From a virus (lineage: Duplodnaviria; Caudoviricetes), in IMG/VR virus record IMGVR_UViG_3300002091_000047, positions 1 to 46,324 of that record: 46,324 nt of DNA; one strand, written 5' to 3'. The notes under the pieces were generated by a model. That model was not told the origin of the DNA and did not search any database. It saw nothing but the letters and a program-made list of their open reading frames with translations. A program made the translations under genes and the position numbers. Shown here piece by piece: positions 27,940-38,042 of this stretch; position 1 is the stretch's first letter, and each line of letters opens with the position of its first letter.

Positions 27940-28319
27940 AAGGAATAATTAAGGTTAGAAGTTTTGATTCATTAAAGAAATTGAATTACAAACGAGCAAA
28001 GGGGAAGAAAAAAAATATTACCGAATTAAATAGTTCAACCCACCGGGCAATTGTAACATTAGAGAAATTGGGTCTTTTAACACCCGAGTTATTATGGGAT
28101 TTAATTGAAAGAAGAAAATATCTTTATATTGAAGAAAGAAAGTTGGAATGGGTTATGCGGGCAAGAGAAAAATCACTACCTTTGTTCCCTGAAGATGTGG
28201 AAAAATATGTTAATAACCTATCGAGTATTACGATAGCGGTTTTAAGAATTCCGTATGAAATAAGAATAATACCTAAGTATAAAAATTACATATACAAAAG
28301 AGAAAAAGATGAAAACTAA
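27936..28319 (+). CDS. hypothetical basic protein
   Basis: 127-aa ORF with ATGA overlap. Confidence 0.65.
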   Translation: MKGIIKVRSFDSLKKLNYKRAKGKKKNITELNSSTHRAIVTLEKLGLLTPELLWDLIERRKYLYIEERKLEWVMRAREKSLPLFPEDVEKYVNNLSSITIAVLRIPYEIRIIPKYKNYIYKREKDEN

Positions 28320-28896
28320 AAAATTATTGTTCCTTGACCTCGACGGAGTCCTATGTTTAAGTAACAATTGGGGTGGTCGTATGAAAAAATGGAAGAAGTA
28401 TAAAAAACTTAATCCGGAAGCTCTCAACGATTCGGAAGCTCCCCTTGATGTTAGATTTGACGACTTTGATAAGAAAGCCGTTAAGGTATTAAATGAGGTA
28501 TTGGAAGAAACCGGAGCGGAAATAGTTGTTTCCTCTGATTGGAGATTATTTGCAACATTAGAAGAACTTGGTGAATATTTTTTATCAAAAGGAATCTTAA
28601 AAGCACCAATCGCATTCACCAAACGATACATCGGTTGTGATAAACCTGATGAATTCAAATGGGTTAGAAGAACAATGTATGAACAACAAAGATGTATCGA
28701 AGTTAGACAATATCTAACCGACCATCCTGAAATCACACATTGGACGTGTATCGACGATTTGGAGTTAGGTGAAAAGGATGCTTACGATAGAGAACAAAAG
28801 TGGGGATTATCCAACTTCGTTCATACACCAAGAGAAACCGAAGGAATCAAACAATCAGGTGTTAAAGAAAAATTGTTAAAATACCTGAATGACTGA
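28309..28896 (+). CDS. HAD-superfamily phosphatase (HAD_SAK_2, RNA-repair-like)
   Basis: LFLDLDGVL, IVVSSDWR, CIDD. Confidence 0.8.
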   Translation: MKTKKLLFLDLDGVLCLSNNWGGRMKKWKKYKKLNPEALNDSEAPLDVRFDDFDKKAVKVLNEVLEETGAEIVVSSDWRLFATLEELGEYFLSKGILKAPIAFTKRYIGCDKPDEFKWVRRTMYEQQRCIEVRQYLTDHPEITHWTCIDDLELGEKDAYDREQKWGLSNFVHTPRETEGIKQSGVKEKLLKYLND

Positions 28897-28907
28897 TATT
28901 TATCAGT

Positions 28908-29390
28908 ATGATTCAATACTTCACCGAAATCCTTAAAACATTTTCAACAGCCCAACGTATTTGGGCTTTGATTATTTTATGTATATCCGTTTTTTTCATA
29001 ACATTTGGTTCAAACATAATTGATGCAATTAAACCTGACCCAACACAACAAAATTTGGTCGTTAAAAGACAAAGAAATGTAATTACATCTCTCAACACCC
29101 AATTGGATAGTTTGACTCTTAGAGTGGATGATTTAACTCAGGAAGTGATAGATGGACAATCTGAATGTTCCCATAAAAGGATTCAAAGAGAAAAAGAAAT
29201 TATAGGTCAGATTGATGAATTACAAAATATGTTAAGAGGTAGTGTTAGACCAAAAGGAAAAATGATGGTAAAACCTAAAAACGATAGTATTATGATGGAT
29301 GTAAGTCCTACGGTGATTGATGATGATAAAACAGAAATTGTAATATCCGCTTTAAATCAGTTAAAAACTAAAATTAAAAACAAGAAATAA
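28908..29390 (+). CDS. TM + coiled-coil protein (spanin-like)
   Basis: N-terminal TM followed by a heptad-rich region. Confidence 0.55.
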   Translation: MIQYFTEILKTFSTAQRIWALIILCISVFFITFGSNIIDAIKPDPTQQNLVVKRQRNVITSLNTQLDSLTLRVDDLTQEVIDGQSECSHKRIQREKEIIGQIDELQNMLRGSVRPKGKMMVKPKNDSIMMDVSPTVIDDDKTEIVISALNQLKTKIKNKK

Positions 29391-29417
29391 AAAACCCCCT
29401 TGATTGGGGGTTATTTG

Positions 29418-29657
29418 TTACTCTTCAGTTGAATTTGAGTTGTTGTTTTTTCTGCTTGTGAATTTATCAAAAGATGATAAACCTAAACAGCCAAATGCTA
29501 ATGCCGCAACTGATTCTACTAATACTGATGATGGTGCTTGGTCCGCAGGAGAAAATGAATTTACATACATAGTAACACAAAGTGCTATAGTACATAATAA
29601 TCCGCAAACTCTTTTCATAGACAATTTACCTGTCTCATCATAAAAAAATTCTTTCAT
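29418..29657 (-). CDS. two-TM holin-like protein
   Basis: GKLSMKRVCGLL, two TMs, charged C-terminus. Confidence 0.55.
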   Translation of the reverse strand: MKEFFYDETGKLSMKRVCGLLCTIALCVTMYVNSFSPADQAPSSVLVESVAALAFGCLGLSSFDKFTSRKNNNSNSTEE

Positions 29658-29690
29658 AATAATTTAATGTTAAAGATTTTATGAGTAAGA

Positions 29691-29825
29691 TTAACGTCCT
29701 TGGCCTTGGTAGTTTCGTTCTGTCCTATCGTGTTTGTTTTTTGATTTTTTGTGTTTACCGGAAAACTTTTTCTTATTAAAAGAAAGTTTAGTACTAGAAG
29801 AGGAACCACCTTTTGGTTTTGCCAT
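29691..29825 (-). CDS. 44-aa highly basic peptide ending YQGQGR (not in ORF track)
   Basis: MAKPKGGSSSSTKLSFNKKKFSGKHKKSKNKHDRTERNYQGQGR, downstream of a GATATTTAT motif. Confidence 0.7.
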   Translation of the reverse strand: MAKPKGGSSSSTKLSFNKKKFSGKHKKSKNKHDRTERNYQGQGR

Positions 29826-29889
29826 TTTGATTAAGGTTTAATACGTTTATTTACTCATATATAAATATCTCGTAAAATAAAAAACCCTA

Positions 29890-30336
29890 CTATATTATAT
29901 GTAGGGTTTTTTTAGATTCTAAATATTTGTTTTTAGCCTCGTCTTCAGTATTGAAATAACCTAAGTGAATTTCTTTGTTATTTAATCTTATTAAAGTTCT
30001 CCATTTATTTTTACCTTTATGCCAATAATACCCTTTTGCGTCTGTATTAAAACTATTTTGTTGATGAGTAACACTTCTTAAATTAATAATTCTATTATCA
30101 GTTTTATTTTGATTAATATGGTCTATACATTCCACTACTTCTTTGTAAATACAATACCACGCAAATTGATGATGGGAAATGTTATATCTTTTTTTGTCTT
30201 TATGTAATTGTATCATAGGATAATTATTAATTTTAGCAACCATTTCAACACCAAATTTATTATATACTTTTCCAGTTTCCGGATTGTATGTATAACCTTT
30301 ATTTATAGCGTATTCACATTTTTCTAATCTTGTCAT
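29890..30336 (-). CDS. HNH homing endonuclease with AP2-like domain
   Basis: IDHINQNKTDNRIINLR..T.QQN; KWRTLIR...HLGYFNTEDEA. Confidence 0.85.
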   Translation of the reverse strand: MTRLEKCEYAINKGYTYNPETGKVYNKFGVEMVAKINNYPMIQLHKDKKRYNISHHQFAWYCIYKEVVECIDHINQNKTDNRIINLRSVTHQQNSFNTDAKGYYWHKGKNKWRTLIRLNNKEIHLGYFNTEDEAKNKYLESKKTLHII

Positions 30337-30399
30337 AATCTAGTTTATATATTATACGAAATTATAATGAAAAAGTTACAAAATTATAAGTAATGTAAA

Positions 30400-30482
30400 A
30401 TAAAAAAGGAGAGGTAGCGATACTTCTCCTTTTAATTTGTTATCGTAAACGATAACGGTCCTAAACGTCCCCAATGGTGGGG
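30400..30482 (-). ncRNA. three-hairpin structured 3' element ending in a terminator-like stem
   Basis: CCCCA-CCAT-TGGGG; GTTATCG-TTTA-CGATAAC; AAAAGGAGA...TCTCCTTTT. Confidence 0.4.
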
Positions 30483-30483
30483 T

Positions 30484-30987
30484 TTATTTTTCCTTAACTA
30501 AGATTAGACATCTTTTAAGGTATTCTTTTGCTCTTGGAGATGGGTCAGGATGTCCTAACACTTTTTCAATATCTTTTACAAGTTCTTCTCCGTGTTCGTT
30601 TTCTTTATATAACTCAATAACTTTATCCATTGCTTTTTGACATTCATTATTTGTTTCATCAAAATAATTTTTGTTTCTAAAAGTGTTGATATGGTTCATT
30701 AAGTTATATGCCAAGTGTTCACCTTTATCTTCGATACCGTTATGTAGTCTCAATGTTCTTAATACGTCTAACGTATCTATCATTCCGTTAATACCACCAT
30801 CACGTTTTAACACACTTGATGTATAATTACTAAAATTATCTGATGGTCCAATTATTCCATCTAAAGGAATTATGTTACCAGCAACACACCTTGGTTTTTG
30901 GTCTTGTTCTTTTTCAGAGTCTTGTTCAATCAAATGTTTTCTAATTGATTGACGAAGGTCTTTTTCGTTGATTACTATCTTTTTCAT
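30484..30987 (-). CDS. hypothetical protein with KKIVINE leader
   Basis: 167-aa ORF after a TATTTATA motif. Confidence 0.7.
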   Translation of the reverse strand: MKKIVINEKDLRQSIRKHLIEQDSEKEQDQKPRCVAGNIIPLDGIIGPSDNFSNYTSSVLKRDGGINGMIDTLDVLRTLRLHNGIEDKGEHLAYNLMNHINTFRNKNYFDETNNECQKAMDKVIELYKENEHGEELVKDIEKVLGHPDPSPRAKEYLKRCLILVKEK

Positions 30988-31028
30988 AAATGAAATGTTT
31001 TATTCTATAAATATAGTGATAAATAGAA

Positions 31029-31433
31029 TTATTTACTTAGTTCAATTAAGTTCTCTATTTTTTTTCTACCTTTATCTCCAATAGGAATAGCGTTTCCCCC
31101 TTCATCAATCATAACAAACTTTATATTTGTTCTTAAAACAATAACTTGGTTACCGGTATAAACATTGTGAGCTCTTGCCTCCATATATAAGGTAACGGAC
31201 GTATTACCAATTGCTGATGGATGACCATATATTTTCAATATTTGACCTTCTCTTGCGGGTTTCTCAAAAAAACATTTATCAATTGCGACCGTAACCATTC
31301 TTGGTGAACCACATAATTGCATAGCATAACCTGCGGCTCCCGAATCTATAAATTTTAATAATGTTCCCCCAAAGAGGTTTCCGTGAAATCCTAAGTCGGA
31401 TTTTTTAATTGGGTGTGTTGATATTAATTCCAT
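31029..31433 (-). CDS. acyl-CoA thioesterase (hotdog fold, YciA-like)
   Basis: HGNLFGGTLLKFID, VTVAID, IGNTSV, FVMIDEGG. Confidence 0.88.
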   Translation of the reverse strand: MELISTHPIKKSDLGFHGNLFGGTLLKFIDSGAAGYAMQLCGSPRMVTVAIDKCFFEKPAREGQILKIYGHPSAIGNTSVTLYMEARAHNVYTGNQVIVLRTNIKFVMIDEGGNAIPIGDKGRKKIENLIELSK

Positions 31434-31498
31434 ATCTTAAGTATAATAAAAAAATCCAATATAAAAAACATTAATTGATTATAAAAGTATTTATAGTT

Positions 31499-32470
31499 AT
31501 GATAAGTGAGAAACAAGTAAATTTAATAAATAAAATTGCGTCTAAAGAGACATTCAAATACACGGGTGATATAATCCAAGGTGTTGACCAACCTGGTGAT
31601 ATTGATTATAAATTTACTATAACCGGTCATAAAAAAATGATGAGTGTTGGTGAGTATTATGATTACCTATTACTTAAAGTTGTAATTACGGGTGTTCACG
31701 ACCCTGTAAGTAAATTAATATTTACACCTGAACCAACGGATACAGGTAAATCGATAGCTAGAACGTTTGAGAGTCATTTATATAGATTTTATTCAAGTTT
31801 AAACCAAGAAATTATGGAATATCTGAGATATTTTAACGATTCCGGTGAAGAATTTGTAAGAACAACAATCAATGATTTAAGTTTTGATTTGAAAAAACCT
31901 GAAAACATAACAGAATCAAGAATGAGTAGATTAGCGGTTAGAACAACTGTGACGGATATTGTAAATATTTTAAAAAAAGGTGAAGGAGGTTATTTTATGT
32001 TACCCGGTCAAAATGGTGAGGAATATTCGTTTACAAACTTACCATTTAAATATGGTGTGGACTTAACACTTGAAATTGATAATGAGTCAGATGGATACCA
32101 AATGAATGGTGATTATTCCTCTGATGATGATGTAATTGAAATAATTATTAGATATAACCCAAAAACATTAAGAAGAAATTTTTATAATATAATAGGACAA
32201 TTAAACGATATTGTTGCTCACGAATTGGAACACGGATTTCAATATAATCGTGATGGGCGTATTCATCAAGACGCACCAACAGAATCATTTGAGTATTACA
32301 CCCAACCACACGAAATAACTGCACAAAGAGCCGGATTCAGAAGAGTTGCAAAATTAAGAAAATTACCATTTAATGATGTGGTTAGAGATTGGTTTGAGTA
32401 CCATAAAGACGTTCACGGATTAACAAATGATGAAATGGTGAAAGTAATAGAAATTATAATTAATGGATAA
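31499..32470 (+). CDS. protein with C-terminal zincin-like domain
   Basis: AHELEHGFQ...YYTQPHEITA. Confidence 0.7.
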   Translation: MISEKQVNLINKIASKETFKYTGDIIQGVDQPGDIDYKFTITGHKKMMSVGEYYDYLLLKVVITGVHDPVSKLIFTPEPTDTGKSIARTFESHLYRFYSSLNQEIMEYLRYFNDSGEEFVRTTINDLSFDLKKPENITESRMSRLAVRTTVTDIVNILKKGEGGYFMLPGQNGEEYSFTNLPFKYGVDLTLEIDNESDGYQMNGDYSSDDDVIEIIIRYNPKTLRRNFYNIIGQLNDIVAHELEHGFQYNRDGRIHQDAPTESFEYYTQPHEITAQRAGFRRVAKLRKLPFNDVVRDWFEYHKDVHGLTNDEMVKVIEIIING

Positions 32471-33248
32471 TATTGGACAAATAAGAGGTGTTGTATCATA
32501 TCTAACTAAACTAACACATACTGTTAATGAGTTTAGACTTAGATTTGTAAATGTTGAAGTTAATAAAGTAACTAAAAATGGGTTACCTAGTCACAACATT
32601 AATTACGATTTAGAAATAATTCCAAAACAATCAGACGACATTCCTTATTTATGGGATTTTTTCAGTTGTAAATCAAAACACATTATAGAAGAGGGGTGTG
32701 ATATGGTTAGTCTTAGTTTCGGAAATGTTTATCCTATTATTAATGACATTTATTATGATGGTGTAAAAATACGTAAATATGGTGGAAATATTCCGACATC
32801 ATTTACTCAAAAAATATCTGATGAAATACAACAATTAGGTCCAAAACAACTAAAAGGATATTTTCGGTGTGGTGGTGAAAAAAAACAACTAATCTTAAAG
32901 ATTACTTATAAACTTTCAGATGTTTTTATAGACGATGGGATAACTACAGATGTTTCTGTTTATTGTCATCAAGCGTTAGTTGATGGTGAACCTTTAGAAA
33001 ATATACCTCAAGACCTTGCGGAAACTATTGTTGGATATATGACTGAGAATGATGACCTTAGAATGTCGTTAGATGGTATTGTTTGGGATGAAGTAACTAA
33101 GTATATGGATTTAGAGGATTGTGAGTTATGGACACATACTTATACGTATCTTAGAAATATTGGAGATGTTGAGGTTAATGATTATAACTATGTAAATCAT
33201 TCAACATTTTCAAGTAAAATGTGTGATTTTATGACCGGAGATTATTAA
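32463..33248 (+). CDS. hypothetical protein
   Basis: 261-aa ORF. Confidence 0.7.
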   Translation: MDNIGQIRGVVSYLTKLTHTVNEFRLRFVNVEVNKVTKNGLPSHNINYDLEIIPKQSDDIPYLWDFFSCKSKHIIEEGCDMVSLSFGNVYPIINDIYYDGVKIRKYGGNIPTSFTQKISDEIQQLGPKQLKGYFRCGGEKKQLILKITYKLSDVFIDDGITTDVSVYCHQALVDGEPLENIPQDLAETIVGYMTENDDLRMSLDGIVWDEVTKYMDLEDCELWTHTYTYLRNIGDVEVNDYNYVNHSTFSSKMCDFMTGDY

Positions 33249-33871
33249 CCTCTAAACCTTTTGATTAATTTAATCATAATTTCTTTAAAAGTTGAACTTG
33301 AAATAGTAATAACTCCGTAAGATAATAATATTGTAACAATTTTATTGATATCTGCAATAGATAATTTACCGGAAGAAATTTGATGAATATAAGGTAGTAA
33401 TGGAATTAAAAATGAGAATCCTAACACATTACTTACTTTAAATAATGTAATGTTTAAACTTTCCATAAAATCAAAAAATGTATCTTTTAATTCTTGAGTT
33501 TTAGATAACGCAACTTCAAATTCGGATTCTAATTCTTTTTCACTAATTTTGTCTTTAATTTTTTGAATTATTTTTGGACTATTATAAAAAAATGTCGCAA
33601 TTACTCCTGTTAGTAATAAACTAATCTCAACGTCATTCATAGAGGGATATTTACCTTCAAGGAAATCTCCTACCGGACCCATAAGACCCCCAATAGACGC
33701 CCCAAAGGTTAATAAAGCCGCTTTATCTCCTCCGGTAATTTCTTTAATTTGGGCGGATATTAATTTACCTATGTCACTATTTTGTCTTAAAATATTACCA
33801 AATTCACGACCGATTGATTCATTAAGTATCATTCTTTCTTGAGATTCGGTGATTAAAATATTCATTTTCAT
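33245..33871 (-). CDS. membrane protein with ILITESQ leader
   Basis: Several hydrophobic helices; ATG at 33871. Confidence 0.7.
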   Translation of the reverse strand: MKMNILITESQERMILNESIGREFGNILRQNSDIGKLISAQIKEITGGDKAALLTFGASIGGLMGPVGDFLEGKYPSMNDVEISLLLTGVIATFFYNSPKIIQKIKDKISEKELESEFEVALSKTQELKDTFFDFMESLNITLFKVSNVLGFSFLIPLLPYIHQISSGKLSIADINKIVTILLSYGVITISSSTFKEIMIKLIKRFRG

Positions 33872-33921
33872 AATTATAAATACTTTAAATATATTTATTG
33901 TTATATAACATTTAAAAAAAT

Positions 33922-34497
33922 ATGAATCCAAAATTAAAAGTCGGAGATAGAGTTTGTCTCTTATATATGTCAGGAGAGATTAAAATGAATCCTGGTGAAT
34001 GTGGCGTGGTTAAAAGTGTTGACAATGTGTTTGGAGATATTCAATACGGGGTTAAATGGGATAACGGTAGTAATCTAGCGTTATTATCAGATACTGACGC
34101 TTGGAAATTTGAAAAAAAACAAATCAAAGAAGGTGAGTTAGAAAAAATGAATATTTTTTATAAGAATATCGACTCATTTAAATTTTTTAAGATGGGATTT
34201 TTACACAAATACTTACTATTGGTTAGAAAGGCGAGTATTGTTAATATGTTTCAGGCGCCACCTTATTTATGGATGGGTAGTGAAAGAATTAAACACGAAT
34301 ACAAATACAAAGATATTCATAACGAAGAGGCCTTTGATGAAATGGTTGCAATGTCAGACCAAGCACAAGCAGAAATGATTAACGGAGTGATTAACTATTT
34401 AGAAAGTGAAGGTATTGAAGAAAATATGAATAACATTAACAAATATTTACAAAGATTTGCCACTATGATAGTTCAAAACTATATGCACATCGGATAA
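33922..34497 (+). CDS. DUF4314-like (SH3-like) domain protein
   Basis: LKVGDRVCLLYM...G.V..VD...VKWDNGSNLALL. Confidence 0.55.
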   Translation: MNPKLKVGDRVCLLYMSGEIKMNPGECGVVKSVDNVFGDIQYGVKWDNGSNLALLSDTDAWKFEKKQIKEGELEKMNIFYKNIDSFKFFKMGFLHKYLLLVRKASIVNMFQAPPYLWMGSERIKHEYKYKDIHNEEAFDEMVAMSDQAQAEMINGVINYLESEGIEENMNNINKYLQRFATMIVQNYMHIG

Positions 34498-34535
34498 TTC
34501 AATAAACAAATATATTTATATACAAAACAAACAAT

Positions 34536-35150
34536 ATGAACGCATATTTTTTTAAAATGACAAACGAGGAAAGAAGTAACATCCTTGACCAACATAAAGA
34601 AGTTTATGATGGATATGTAACAAGTTACGCTCAACCAGCAAAAGAACAACCATTATATACTCAAAGTTATGCAAATGACAAAGGGGGTATTAATGTAAAT
34701 AATAGAGGTGAGGTTTCAACTTATTCTAACTTAAGAATAAATGAAATGAGACACGATGGAAAATCAACCGGATTATTCTCAGATGAGGAACCTGTGGAAG
34801 AAGATTATATGTCTCCAGGAGCTCAGTTTGATACAACAGAGAGTTTTGAATCTGAAGAAGATGAAGATGGTGAATTTATGGTAAGTACCGGTAAACATAA
34901 AGATATGATTGGTGATGGTCCCGACGATATGTTACACGGAACATTTGGTCACGACCACGAAGGGGATGAAATTTTAGTTAGTCCTGAAGTTGATTTTGAA
35001 GATGAAGACGAAGATGATAGATTAGGTTTTAATGTGGATGATAGAATGTTTGACGATGAAGACGATATTGACCAAGATGAGGTTGAAGGATTATTTGACG
35101 ATTTAAAAGAATCGTTGGATATGTTTAAAAGGTTCACAAAATATAATTAA
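34536..35150 (+). CDS. highly acidic protein (possible head scaffold/internal protein)
   Basis: D/E-rich; MTNEERSNIL and LKESLDMFKRF motifs. Confidence 0.6.
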   Translation: MNAYFFKMTNEERSNILDQHKEVYDGYVTSYAQPAKEQPLYTQSYANDKGGINVNNRGEVSTYSNLRINEMRHDGKSTGLFSDEEPVEEDYMSPGAQFDTTESFESEEDEDGEFMVSTGKHKDMIGDGPDDMLHGTFGHDHEGDEILVSPEVDFEDEDEDDRLGFNVDDRMFDDEDDIDQDEVEGLFDDLKESLDMFKRFTKYN

Positions 35151-35151
35151 T

Positions 35152-35430
35152 ATGAAAAAAGTAATTAAATTAAAAGAAAGTGATTTAATGAACATTATAA
35201 AACGTGTTATTAGAGAACAAGAAACAACTGAAGTTAGACATAATTATGAAGATATGTCTGATGATGAATTACACGGATTTCATCCTGAGGTAGCAACACA
35301 TAAAGACCATTTCAAAGATTACAAACCAACATCCGAATATCTTGGGTGGAAAGGTGAAGTGTCTAAAAGAAATATGTACAAACGAAACGGAAAATTCCAC
35401 AACGCTTTCGATAAGAAAAAAGAAGATTAA
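35152..35430 (+). CDS. small protein with KKVIKLKESDL..IIKRVIREQ leader
   Basis: Shared N-terminal motif. Confidence 0.7.
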   Translation: MKKVIKLKESDLMNIIKRVIREQETTEVRHNYEDMSDDELHGFHPEVATHKDHFKDYKPTSEYLGWKGEVSKRNMYKRNGKFHNAFDKKKED

Positions 35431-35433
35431 AAA

Positions 35434-35739
35434 ATGGAAATTAGAGAGTTAGAGTCGTTTTATATAAATGAAGCATCCCAAACTTTAGATGTTACTTTTA
35501 GAATTTATTCGGATAATGATGACGAAATTAGAACCGACCAAATTGATTTAACCGAAACAAAAACATTCGGGTATAGTTTATCGAATAATTCATCACCGGA
35601 TTTTTTTGATGATGAAGAATATGAAGACATATTTGACGATGACGACGATACAGAATTAGATGAAGAAGAAATTATATCATTTTTAAATGAATATTATTTA
35701 ATATACCCAAATAAATTACCTGATACCCAACTATACTAA
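35434..35739 (+). CDS. small acidic protein
   Basis: D/E tract. Confidence 0.7.
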   Translation: MEIRELESFYINEASQTLDVTFRIYSDNDDEIRTDQIDLTETKTFGYSLSNNSSPDFFDDEEYEDIFDDDDDTELDEEEIISFLNEYYLIYPNKLPDTQLY

Positions 35740-35742
35740 ACA

Positions 35743-35771
35743 AAAAACCCCTCCGTTAAGAGGGGTTTTTT
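35743..35771. terminator. bidirectional terminator
   Basis: AAAAAACCCCT...AGGGGTTTTTT. Confidence 0.75.
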
Positions 35772-36276
35772 ATGGACCTACACGAGTTAACTGTAGTGTA
35801 ACAATTTGATTTGGGCCTGAACTTGAATAAGGCCATAATCCGGTGGTTTGAAGAGTTAAACTTTCTAACCCATCGTCAAGTATTTTAAAGGTTCTAACAC
35901 TCCCGTTTACATAAAATTGGATATAACCCAAGTCATATATACTATTGTGGTTAATAACCGAATAAAAGTATTGTCTTTGCCAAGTCGTAGTCCCACCTCC
36001 TGTTTGTATAGGGTAAAGATAAATTGTACTATAATCAAACGCCCATCGAGTAAACCCTACCTGAATATCGTCCATTGGTGAGATATCTTGAGTATTAACA
36101 TAATGTGACCCCATACTATAGATTGTACCACTTGAATTTGTGGTATTTTCAGTACTTAAGACCGTAATCTTACTAATCACATATTCGCCACTCAACGATA
36201 ATGACGTTGGTTCTTCGTAGGTTGTACAAGAGGTTATCGTAAATAATACCCCTAATAGTAAAAGTAATTTTCTCAT
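35770..36276 (-). CDS. lipoprotein, lipocalin-like
   Basis: Lipobox ITSC; LSGEYVI; TATATTTG box upstream. Confidence 0.7.
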   Translation of the reverse strand: MRKLLLLLGVLFTITSCTTYEEPTSLSLSGEYVISKITVLSTENTTNSSGTIYSMGSHYVNTQDISPMDDIQVGFTRWAFDYSTIYLYPIQTGGGTTTWQRQYFYSVINHNSIYDLGYIQFYVNGSVRTFKILDDGLESLTLQTTGLWPYSSSGPNQIVTLQLTRVGP

Positions 36277-36338
36277 AGTATTTTATTTTTTTACAAATAT
36301 ATTACTTTTTTATCAAATACCAAAATATTTATTAAAAT

Positions 36339-36575
36339 ATGAGAACAGATATTGACCACATAATTTCCTTAATGAAGGAATATACCCCAAAAACTGACGG
36401 TGAATTGGGAGAACAAGATACTTCAGCACCTGCGGGTGGTGGAGAAGGTTACCCTACGGTATCTCATTGGGAAGAATTACACACAATAACAAGAGGTAAA
36501 GCCAATCCATTAGGTAAATCCGGTGAAAAATGGGTGAGCGGTGTAAATAGAGGGGTTGCTAACCAAATAAACTAA
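36339..36575 (+). CDS. hypothetical protein with RG.AN repeat
   Basis: TRGKANPL and NRGVANQI. Confidence 0.65.
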   Translation: MRTDIDHIISLMKEYTPKTDGELGEQDTSAPAGGGEGYPTVSHWEELHTITRGKANPLGKSGEKWVSGVNRGVANQIN

Positions 36576-36604
36576 AATATTAGATATTTATAGTAAAAAA
36601 TAAT

Positions 36605-38023
36605 ATGTCACAATTAAGATTTCAAGGAGTTTCTCACGATTTACAGTATGTTTTTACAAACAAAGGTGTGACAAGAATCTCTGACCAATTAAATGATTTA
36701 AATGGTAGAAATTATCTCCCATATACTTACGGTAATTTAAATGTTGCTGTAGATATTATGAGAGAAAATTCAAATTTTAAATATAAAACAGGTCAAATAG
36801 ATTTAGTTGAGTATTCTTCTGAATCAAGAAAATTTTTATACCAATTAACTGAAATTTTCCAACCTGACAATACAATATCAATACTTAAAGAATGGGAAGA
36901 AAATTTTGGGTCTAAATTAGTGTTAATTAATGAATCTATTGATAAGTTAATAATAGAATCAAGAATTACAGAATCTTGGAATCAGATAAAAGTAATCCTT
37001 AACGAATTAGATGTTATGGGTACTATAGGTAAAGGTATTAGTAATGTTGCCGATTGGGGTAAAGAAACTGTAGGTAAAGCTGTTGATTGGACAAAACAAC
37101 AAGGTAAAGAAATAAGCCAAAAAGGTTTAGGTGGATGGGCAGGAGATAAAGTAACTTCAGTTTGGAATTCAGTTAAAGATGCTGTAGTAAGTGCTTATCA
37201 TTGTTTAAGTAATAATTTTGTTGAGTGTTTAATGGAAGGTATTAGAGCGGCATCATTTTCAGCTGTAGGAATCGGTGTTATGACTGCGGTAAGTTTTATA
37301 CCGGGCGCGGGTCAAGTTGCCGATTTTATAGTTTTTGGTTCCTTATTAATATGGGATGTATATAAAATATTCAGTGGTAAATACGAAAGTGGTAAATATA
37401 AGGCAAGTTGGATGGACGCAATAATTGATGCCATTTGTTTATTATTACCTGCGTTAGGTGGTGCATTTAAAAAGTTAGCGGGGGCAGGTCTTAAAACTGT
37501 TGAAGAATTAGGGGTTAAAGCGGCTAAACAAGGTGGTGTTTTTGCTAAAGTCGTAAAACTTTTAAAAGGTGGGTTATCTAAAGTCTTAGAATATATAGGA
37601 ACTGCGGCAAAATGGATTGGAGATAAATTAGGTCTTAAGTGGCTTGAAGAAATTGGGACTAAAGCAAAATCATTTATGACTTCATCCGTTGAAACTATGA
37701 CTAAGGCAGCTAAAGAAACGGGGGATAAACTTAAGAATGTTGCAACTAAAACGGTTGAGAAGGTTTCGTCAACGGCATCCAAAGTAGGTAGTAAATTAGG
37801 AACAAAATCAATTCCGGTAGTAGTTAAGGCAACAGGTAAAACAATATTAATTACTGCGGGTTTATGTGCGGCACTTGGTCTTGATGGGTGGTCTTGTCAA
37901 CATAAAATAGAAAATGGTGAAGTAAGTGAAAAACAGATTGCCGATGCAATGAAATCACAAGAAAATACTGCTAAATTAAACCAAATGAGTGATGCTGAGA
38001 TTGAAAGATTAGGATTGTTTTAA
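36605..38023 (+). CDS. helical protein with Gly/Ala-rich hydrophobic hairpin (possible ejected head protein)
   Basis: Multiple L/I-x-E motifs; hydrophobic segments. Confidence 0.55.
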   Translation: MSQLRFQGVSHDLQYVFTNKGVTRISDQLNDLNGRNYLPYTYGNLNVAVDIMRENSNFKYKTGQIDLVEYSSESRKFLYQLTEIFQPDNTISILKEWEENFGSKLVLINESIDKLIIESRITESWNQIKVILNELDVMGTIGKGISNVADWGKETVGKAVDWTKQQGKEISQKGLGGWAGDKVTSVWNSVKDAVVSAYHCLSNNFVECLMEGIRAASFSAVGIGVMTAVSFIPGAGQVADFIVFGSLLIWDVYKIFSGKYESGKYKASWMDAIIDAICLLLPALGGAFKKLAGAGLKTVEELGVKAAKQGGVFAKVVKLLKGGLSKVLEYIGTAAKWIGDKLGLKWLEEIGTKAKSFMTSSVETMTKAAKETGDKLKNVATKTVEKVSSTASKVGSKLGTKSIPVVVKATGKTILITAGLCAALGLDGWSCQHKIENGEVSEKQIADAMKSQENTAKLNQMSDAEIERLGLF

Positions 38024-38042
38024 AAATTAAAAAATAAAAATT

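Noticed and set aside
37312-37782. Antisense or shadow ORFs (also 1627, 2183, 12748, 17338, 22596, 26454, 28242, 29404 and others)
   Set aside because: They lie opposite or out of frame to well-supported genes and show no motifs
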